A stretch of DNA of 64,000 nt from a virus: the IMG/VR virus record IMGVR_UViG_3300036399_001951, positions 72,740 to 136,739 of that record. One strand, 5' to 3'. The translations under genes were made by a program, and so were the position numbers. The notes below the pieces were generated by a model. It worked only from the letters and a program-made list of their open reading frames with translations, did not search any database and was not told the origin of the DNA. Of this stretch, positions 58,313 through 64,000 are shown in pieces (the first letter of the stretch is position 1; each line of letters starts with the position of its first letter).

Positions 58313-59032
58313 ATGAACTACACAAGCAAATCACAGAGCCTAGTAAAGTACTTTAAATCAATTCAAGGATTTAATCCTTTAACTATCGAAGAAGAGCGGG
58401 AGCTCGTCTTAAACATTCAACAAGGATGTCGTAAATCCTTAGAGAAATTAGTAACGCATAATCTAAAGATTGTGGTGACTATCGCCAACAAGAATTCCAA
58501 CCGGGGTATCCTAGTAGATGACCTTATCCAACAAGGAAACATTGGATTATACGAAGCTGCTTTACGATTCAATCCTGATCCTACTACTAGAACCAGATTC
58601 GCAAGCTTTGCTCAGACTCGAGTTCTAAAGAACATGAATCAATTGATTGACGAATGTGGCCGTCCTGTAAGGATTCCAGTCAATCAAGAATACGAAAGAT
58701 ACTTGGCACTTCGAGATGGTAAGGAGGTAGAGAACATTAAACCAATTCAATTAGATGCCTATTTCGGAGAGGATAAAAAGAACACGGTAGGCTCTCGTAT
58801 CCTGCATAGTATGGAGGATGATGATTCAAATCAAGAACAAATCGATGCCCTGAACCAGTGCTTAAACATCTTAAACGATCGTGAAAGACTTGTTATAAAC
58901 TATGTATTCGGTCTAGAAGACGATGCTATCACTCAGCTTGAGATTGCAGAGAAGATGGGAACGACAGCAGCTACTATTAGCAATATCAAGAAAGCTGCTA
59001 TTGAAAAAATAAGAAAACACTTTGATGCTTAA
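58313..59032 (+). CDS. sigma70-family RNA polymerase sigma factor
   Basis: start MNYTSK; SLVKYF, NLKIVVTIA, DLIQQGNIGL.EAA.RF.P, VRIP, LNDRER.VI..FGL HTH. Confidence 0.88.
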   Translation: MNYTSKSQSLVKYFKSIQGFNPLTIEEERELVLNIQQGCRKSLEKLVTHNLKIVVTIANKNSNRGILVDDLIQQGNIGLYEAALRFNPDPTTRTRFASFAQTRVLKNMNQLIDECGRPVRIPVNQEYERYLALRDGKEVENIKPIQLDAYFGEDKKNTVGSRILHSMEDDDSNQEQIDALNQCLNILNDRERLVINYVFGLEDDAITQLEIAEKMGTTAATISNIKKAAIEKIRKHFDA

Positions 59033-59035
59033 GTC

Positions 59036-59368
59036 ATGAAAAAGACAGTAATCATATTCGACGGGGAGGAAGATCATGAAATTGGCCTCAGCTATTTCTA
59101 TCAGAATCCCCTTATCGAGTCGGCCAATCCAGATCAGATCGTTGAGTATTATATATCAACTACAATCCTGGCCGAAGTCGTTAGAGATATCGTACCTCTT
59201 ATCAAAGAAGGAACAGTTAAGACAATTAATGATAAAGCAATAGGACTCGACTATTTAAAGAAAGTAGAGAGCGGGGTATCGATCCTTGAGACGATGTTGG
59301 AAGATCTATTCGGCAAGGAATCGGCTCAATATATTATTGAAACTACTAAATCTAAAACTGATGAATAG
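59036..59368 (+). CDS. hypothetical protein
   Basis: in operon. Confidence 0.6.
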   Translation: MKKTVIIFDGEEDHEIGLSYFYQNPLIESANPDQIVEYYISTTILAEVVRDIVPLIKEGTVKTINDKAIGLDYLKKVESGVSILETMLEDLFGKESAQYIIETTKSKTDE

Positions 59369-59825
59369 AGTAATAATATTCCTAGTCTCCCTTGTCCTGC
59401 TCTGGTTTGGATTGAATCACTTTAAACCTAAAAAGGAGGCATGGCAAGTTGATGTATCCGATCCAGTAGTAAGATTCTATCTTATAGAATGGGAGAGAGA
59501 TATGAAGAACCACGGGCTAGATCCTGCCCCGGCGCTAGGTCGACTCCGTAGTATAACAGTTGTTAATACTACTGAATGGGCAGGTCAATATGTAACTAGC
59601 GAGAGAGTAATCTATATCTCTAGATATCAAGTTCAGCGGGGACCTGCCTCTGCCAGAGCCACGGTGTATCACGAGCTTGGACATATGGCTTTTAAATTAG
59701 AGCATGGAGATTGTGGTATAATGGATATAAACTCTGAGACGGAGGAATACTATTCTGCAAATTGGGGAGGTCTGTTAAATGAGTACATAAACAAATGTTA
59801 TGAAAGAAGATGGGAATCCCTTTAA
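59361..59825 (+). CDS. exported/membrane-anchored zincin metallopeptidase
   Basis: N-terminal TM; HELGH...LEH...IM metzincin-like motif. Confidence 0.75.
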   Translation: MNRVIIFLVSLVLLWFGLNHFKPKKEAWQVDVSDPVVRFYLIEWERDMKNHGLDPAPALGRLRSITVVNTTEWAGQYVTSERVIYISRYQVQRGPASARATVYHELGHMAFKLEHGDCGIMDINSETEEYYSANWGGLLNEYINKCYERRWESL

Positions 59826-60072
59826 AGGAGAAGAATCTAAAGACTGGATCAGAAAGATAGATGCTCTTAAGAAAATGGACTTAGGTCTATTTTACGAATT
59901 GGTATTCACATCAATTGTTAACTTCTCAGAAGAAGCAATTAAGGACGGCTCCCCTAAGAAGAATAAGATTCGGGCTCTAGACAGATTAATTGAGCATTTT
60001 CAAGACTTAGAAGAATACGAGAAATGCGCAGCCCTAAAGAAAGTATTAGATCAAATCAAGGAGAATGAATAA
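59800..60072 (+). CDS. protein with C-terminal UVR-like EEYEKC motif
   Basis: LIEHFQDLEEYEKCAALKK. Confidence 0.65.
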   Translation: MKEDGNPFKGEESKDWIRKIDALKKMDLGLFYELVFTSIVNFSEEAIKDGSPKKNKIRALDRLIEHFQDLEEYEKCAALKKVLDQIKENE

Positions 60073-60337
60073 GTTATTATTTCTTGGCATGGCAAGCCGT
60101 TCAGTAGACCTGAGCGGGCCTCCTGTCTCGGTAGGAGAAGAGCTTCGCTCGACAGTAGTAGCCGGAGTAATGTTTACTAAGGTCTATCAAGAAGCCTGCC
60201 GCCTGGCCGGAATCAAGGAGCCTGAGGCAGGATACCGGACCGTTCTGAATCGGGTGAAATCAGAAGGCCATGCACAAGTAGCGTGCAAGAAGGATCGCTC
60301 GGCTCAGGCAGTATTCACTATCATTCGAAGGCTCTGA
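60065..60337 (+). CDS. hypothetical protein
   Basis: 90-aa ORF. Confidence 0.5.
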   Translation: MNKLLFLGMASRSVDLSGPPVSVGEELRSTVVAGVMFTKVYQEACRLAGIKEPEAGYRTVLNRVKSEGHAQVACKKDRSAQAVFTIIRRL

Positions 60338-60431
60338 GCGGGTGGATCCCAACTGAAGCCCTCCGGCTTGGGTCCAAACAAAATTTATAAAAACATTTTC
60401 AAATCCCAAAATCAATTAGTATATTTACAAT

Positions 60432-60695
60432 ATGAAGAAGACAGCAATAGTAGTGGCGATGTTAATCTTAGTTAGTTGTGACACTAAAAGTAAGATTGAC
60501 CCTTATTCATTTAAGGCACCCTACGAAATTCAGAAACATTTTAGTCACGAAGTTAAATGGGATGCTGCAAAGCAAGAGAGATGGATGAACGGTGAATTGT
60601 GGGTAGATTCTACGAAAAACTTTAAATGTATCGTAATCCACCACAGTGATGTTCAAACTCCTGATCACGCATCCACTGTAACTATTGAACCCTAA
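60432..60695 (+). CDS. small lipoprotein
   Basis: MKKTAIVVAMLILVS-C. Confidence 0.6.
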   Translation: MKKTAIVVAMLILVSCDTKSKIDPYSFKAPYEIQKHFSHEVKWDAAKQERWMNGELWVDSTKNFKCIVIHHSDVQTPDHASTVTIEP

Positions 60696-61014
60696 TAGGA
60701 TGAGTATCTTAGATGTATGGTTCAAAGCTAAGGCTGCAAGGGATTCAGTTGAACAGGATCTAGCAGAGCAGGAGAGAACGAAGATTCTACCGGATCTTTT
60801 CCAGCAGAGTAATTCTAATGTTAGATACATAAGATCACACATCAACACTCTACGTGGAAATGCCAATTCCGTACAAGGAGCCACGGCTGCAGATACTAAA
60901 CGCCGACGGGACGGGGCAAAGGCCCAACTGGAATGGCTAGAGCGGAAGCTAGACGAGGAGATCTTTTATCTGCAACACTATGCTCGGCTCTTAGGAAAAA
61001 AGATAGAAATTTAA
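60685..61014 (+). CDS. hypothetical coiled-coil protein
   Basis: 109-aa ORF. Confidence 0.55.
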   Translation: MNPNRMSILDVWFKAKAARDSVEQDLAEQERTKILPDLFQQSNSNVRYIRSHINTLRGNANSVQGATAADTKRRRDGAKAQLEWLERKLDEEIFYLQHYARLLGKKIEI

Positions 61015-61080
61015 TCCCTAAAATTTTCAGGTCCCAAGATTTTTTCGTATATTTACCTATAACCAATTAAATTAAGAATC

Positions 61081-61296
61081 ATGAAGAAATTATTTTGCGT
61101 ATGTGTTACCGACCCTAACAATGTCTATGGATTAGAGAGTCCAATAATCTTTCACGTTAAATGCGAAGATTCTAATAAAGCAGACGAGGAAGTTCGAGTG
61201 ATGCTAGAAGAAGAGTACGAATATGAGAAGGAATGGATTAATGAATTAGAGATCTTCACATTCGAAGTAAGTGATTCCGAAATAATTGAAATTTAA
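61081..61296 (+). CDS. acidic hypothetical protein flanked by 42-bp identical repeats
   Basis: lies between duplicated promoters 61022-61063 and 61295-61336. Confidence 0.65.
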   Translation: MKKLFCVCVTDPNNVYGLESPIIFHVKCEDSNKADEEVRVMLEEEYEYEKEWINELEIFTFEVSDSEIIEI

Positions 61297-61354
61297 TTTT
61301 CAGGTCCCAAGATTTTTTCGTATATTTACCTATAACTAATTAAAACCAAAAAAC

Positions 61355-61786
61355 ATGGCAACAAGAAGCAGAATCGCAATTGAATTAGAAGATGGATCAG
61401 TAGAATCTATTTACTGTCACTGGGACGGTTATCCTGAAGGAAACGGTAGAGTCTTATTAGACCACTACACTCTTCCAGAAAAGGTACAAGACTTAATTAA
61501 TCTAGGAAGCATATCTTCCCTAGCCCCTATCTTGGAATCAACCGGTAAACATTCGTTTGATAACCCTGAACCAGGAGTAGTAGTTGCATACGGTAGAGAC
61601 CGAGGAGAAAAAGGAGTAGATAAAATAAAACACAAGTCAGTCTCAGATTTCTTTAATGGAGACATAGAGGAATACGGATACCTATTTACTCAAGAAGGGG
61701 AGTGGCTATGCAAGTCTGCCTATGCAGGATATAAGACCCCTGTTGTAATTGACTATATTCTCTCTGGAGAAATTAAATTATCGTAA
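61355..61786 (+). CDS. conserved phage protein (M.TRS.I...IYCHWDGYP family)
   Basis: MATRSRI, SIYCHWDGYP, LG.ISSL, YGRDRGE, EEYGYLF. Confidence 0.75.
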   Translation: MATRSRIAIELEDGSVESIYCHWDGYPEGNGRVLLDHYTLPEKVQDLINLGSISSLAPILESTGKHSFDNPEPGVVVAYGRDRGEKGVDKIKHKSVSDFFNGDIEEYGYLFTQEGEWLCKSAYAGYKTPVVIDYILSGEIKLS

Positions 61787-62018
61787 TCTTTGCTCTAATC
61801 ATAGGACCCGCTTCGGCGGGTTTTTTTGTGCTCTTCCCTGGAGCGGATGTTATTCACTGAATAGCATTCCCTTGGATCCTCACCCGCTCAGGAGCGAGCA
61901 GAATTCAGTGATGGGACGACACCCGTCCTGATAAAAATACGAAAATTTTTTCCCCGACATTTTCAAATTCCCAACATTCTTAGTATATTTACTATATAAA
62001 CCAATTAACATATTAACA

Positions 62019-62453
62019 ATGAAAAGAGCAGTTGTAGTTTTAAGATTTGGCATCAGTCAGCCTTCAGTTGGAGACATTGAAGCAATTAAAAGATTAACCA
62101 ATGGCACAATGGATGCTATGGGACAGCCTCATCCAATAGGGATGATATCAGTGTTATATACTGATATGGAATTGAGTGAAATCAAACAGGTCTTCAATGA
62201 TGTTGAAGAGGACACCAATGACTTCTTACCCGTGATGATATTCAACTGGGGAGATCCTAACGTGCAATTTGATCTTAAGACAGATGACATAGAAGATATG
62301 TTCAATCATGTACCTAACTTCTGCGAAGATCAGAAGGAAGTAGTAGTCCTCACCTTGGACGATATCCTAGATAAGATCTCTAGAACGGGTGTCGAGAGCC
62401 TAGAGCAAGAGGAGTTGGCCCTTCTAAAATCTTTTGCAAAAAGTGGAAAATAA
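62019..62453 (+). CDS. hypothetical protein with C-terminal DUF6576-like motif
   Basis: LDDILDKISRTGVESL.QEE..LL. Confidence 0.65.
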   Translation: MKRAVVVLRFGISQPSVGDIEAIKRLTNGTMDAMGQPHPIGMISVLYTDMELSEIKQVFNDVEEDTNDFLPVMIFNWGDPNVQFDLKTDDIEDMFNHVPNFCEDQKEVVVLTLDDILDKISRTGVESLEQEELALLKSFAKSGK

Positions 62454-62504
62454 TTTTCGTAACCCAATTATTCTTTGTATATTTACCTTATAAACAATTA
62501 AACG

Positions 62505-63665
62505 ATGATAGAGCTAAAAGGAACAAAAAAAGAGCAAGCCGTGAGAGCTTGGTTTAACCGAACAAAACAGGGCAAGGTACCTGTGAACGCTAAAGTAATT
62601 GACATCTTTAGAGAATTCGAACGGGACCATCCTGAAATCAGCTATGGCTGTCTCAATGGTACCATCAAGAAGATGATCGAAGAAGGTTACGGTGAAGTCA
62701 CAGCAGGTCCACCTAAAGAGAGAGTTAACTCCGTAGCCCGAGTTGAGCCTGTCGAGCCAGTCGAGCCAGAGATCATTACAATACAGGACATGGAATTTCC
62801 TGACTTTAAATTGCATCGCACTGGTAAAAAGCTGGATGATATATTCTCAGATCACGAAGAAGGTGGTGGACTCTATGGAGGTACGGTTAACATTGTAATT
62901 GGCGAGTCAGGTGTAGGTAAATCCACGGTACTCCTGGACATGTTGGCCTCGGTGCAGAAAGAGAACCCTAGTGCGAAGGTGTTATACGTATCAAGTGAAA
63001 TGACCAGGAATGATATCTTATTCTATTATAAGAAGACTCCTTCAATCGCACAGGTACCTACCCTACTCTTAATGGACTATGTGAAGACGGGTCAGTTGGA
63101 TCAGGTAATCTCTAAAACCTTAAATGGAGATTGGGACATCATCCTTATTGACTCTCATCAGGACATCCTAGTAAAGTTGAAAGAAGTGATGGGATGGAAG
63201 TCTACCTATGCTGAATCGTGGTTGACTAACATTATGATTGACGCCGCTGAAAAAGCAGGTACTGCAATCCTTGCAATCCAACACATGACCAAGGGCGGAC
63301 AGTATGTAGGCTCCACTTATCTAAAGCATGCCACTACCTCCATGATGGAGATACTATTCGACGATGCAGGTCAGCGATATGTTCGCTTCTCAAAGAACCG
63401 ACGCGGTGGATCAGCAGTAGGAAAGCGCCTCTACTTTAGACTAGAAGACGGTGAAGTAGTATACGACGGGGCAAGATATAAAGAGAACGAGGAATTGAGA
63501 GAGATCGAAGATCGCGAGTCTATCCGTCAGGTCGACCTTAGCCAAAAGTTCGAAGAGATCTTTATCGGTGCCAGACAAATCATTGATGAGAGCTCCGTAG
63601 CGGATGATGACGAGGAGGAGACGGATGGTATACCATTTGAAATCTATCAGGGTGAGGATAATTAA
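62505..63665 (+). CDS. radA: RadA/Sms-like RecA-superfamily ATPase
   Basis: GESGVGKST, VLYVSSE, IILIDS.Q, QH.TKGG..VGS..LKH, KNRRG (cf. RadA KNRFG); no Zn finger or Lon domain. Confidence 0.75.
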   Translation: MIELKGTKKEQAVRAWFNRTKQGKVPVNAKVIDIFREFERDHPEISYGCLNGTIKKMIEEGYGEVTAGPPKERVNSVARVEPVEPVEPEIITIQDMEFPDFKLHRTGKKLDDIFSDHEEGGGLYGGTVNIVIGESGVGKSTVLLDMLASVQKENPSAKVLYVSSEMTRNDILFYYKKTPSIAQVPTLLLMDYVKTGQLDQVISKTLNGDWDIILIDSHQDILVKLKEVMGWKSTYAESWLTNIMIDAAEKAGTAILAIQHMTKGGQYVGSTYLKHATTSMMEILFDDAGQRYVRFSKNRRGGSAVGKRLYFRLEDGEVVYDGARYKENEELREIEDRESIRQVDLSQKFEEIFIGARQIIDESSVADDDEEETDGIPFEIYQGEDN

Positions 63666-63725
63666 TTCCTCACCCAACTTAAAAAAAGAGAAAAGTTTAG
63701 TATAATTAATTAAAACCGAAAAGCA

Positions 63726-64000
63726 ATGATTATTAAAGAAGTAACATCAGACAAGTTCCAAGAACTTAGAGCTCAGCTCAACGAAGCAGAGTCAGTAAAG
63801 AAAGTAGTACCGATTGGAGCCATCTCCGTAGATGATGAGTCCCTAAAGCGAGGACAGATCCTAATCGGCGGACAACCTGTAAAAGTAAGCACAGGCTTCT
63901 TCTACAAATTAGGTTCCATGTTGAAGGTGAACGTAAGCCTTACCCGTAACATGATTGATAAAGGTGACCATCAAATTGCGGCTGCCCTCATCAATGCCCT
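63726..64000 (+). CDS. hypothetical protein, truncated by the window end
   Basis: open frame MIIKEVTSDKF... after AGTATAAT. Confidence 0.55.
   Translation, partial: MIIKEVTSDKFQELRAQLNEAESVKKVVPIGAISVDDESLKRGQILIGGQPVKVSTGFFYKLGSMLKVNVSLTRNMIDKGDHQIAAALINA

Larger units (their letters stand above)
40646..62485 (+). promoter_or_regulatory. family of about 28 early-type promoters, consensus TTTC-N~19-TATATTTA followed by the leader ATAACTTAAAAAC
   Basis: TATATTTA at 40646, 42059, 42439, 43422, 44634, 45305, 45816, 46209, 47286, 47918, 48709, 49373, 49950, 50534, 51101, 51528, 52425, 53438, 54476, 54768, 55672, 56661, 58107, 60420, 61048, 61321, 61984, 62478; nearly all ~25-40 nt before an ATG. 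Confidence 0.85.

Noticed and set aside
1-64000. Stop-codon reassignment (as in Lak or crAss-like phages)
   Set aside because: Genes are full length in the standard code, and TAG/TGA end intact genes (e.g. 19678, 46928, 33599).
1-64000. tRNA or rRNA genes
   Set aside because: No cloverleaf with a T-loop GTTCRA and matching acceptor stem noticed by eye; a tRNAscan/Infernal run is needed to exclude them formally.

Overview
A 64-kb AT-rich segment of a large (jumbo/huge) T4-superfamily-like tailed phage, very probably infecting Bacteroidota. Evidence: Bacteroidota-type bS21, three region-1.1-less sigma70 paralogues, SD-less A-rich leaders and Bacteroidota-like -33/-7 promoters. Left part (1-39.6 kb): mostly late genes behind ATAAATA promoters. 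About 20 of them start with a T4 capsid-targeting-like leader ending in xxE, including a NUDIX, a MoxR AAA+/vWA/metallopeptidase module, annexin-like, pre-toxin-like, OmpA-like, SGNH, NlpC/P60 and a four-domain muralytic protein. A T4-like beta-glucosyltransferase, a DNA ligase and a sigma factor are interspersed. A ~1.1-kb non-coding block (39.6-40.7 kb) carrying a polar array of GCTCC boxes marks a sharp switch. Right part (40.7-64 kb): small, almost all + strand, early-type genes in about 28 promoter cassettes. The most striking unexplained signal is a cis-regulatory grammar in this right part. (i) Inverted GGAGC...GCTCC half-sites are separated by helically quantised spacers (10/21/32/42-43 bp) and sit 58-59 or 49-50 bp upstream of the promoter box. 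(ii) A strictly polar octamer, CTCCGTAG, occurs 16 times. All counts and family calls were made by eye, without database searches.
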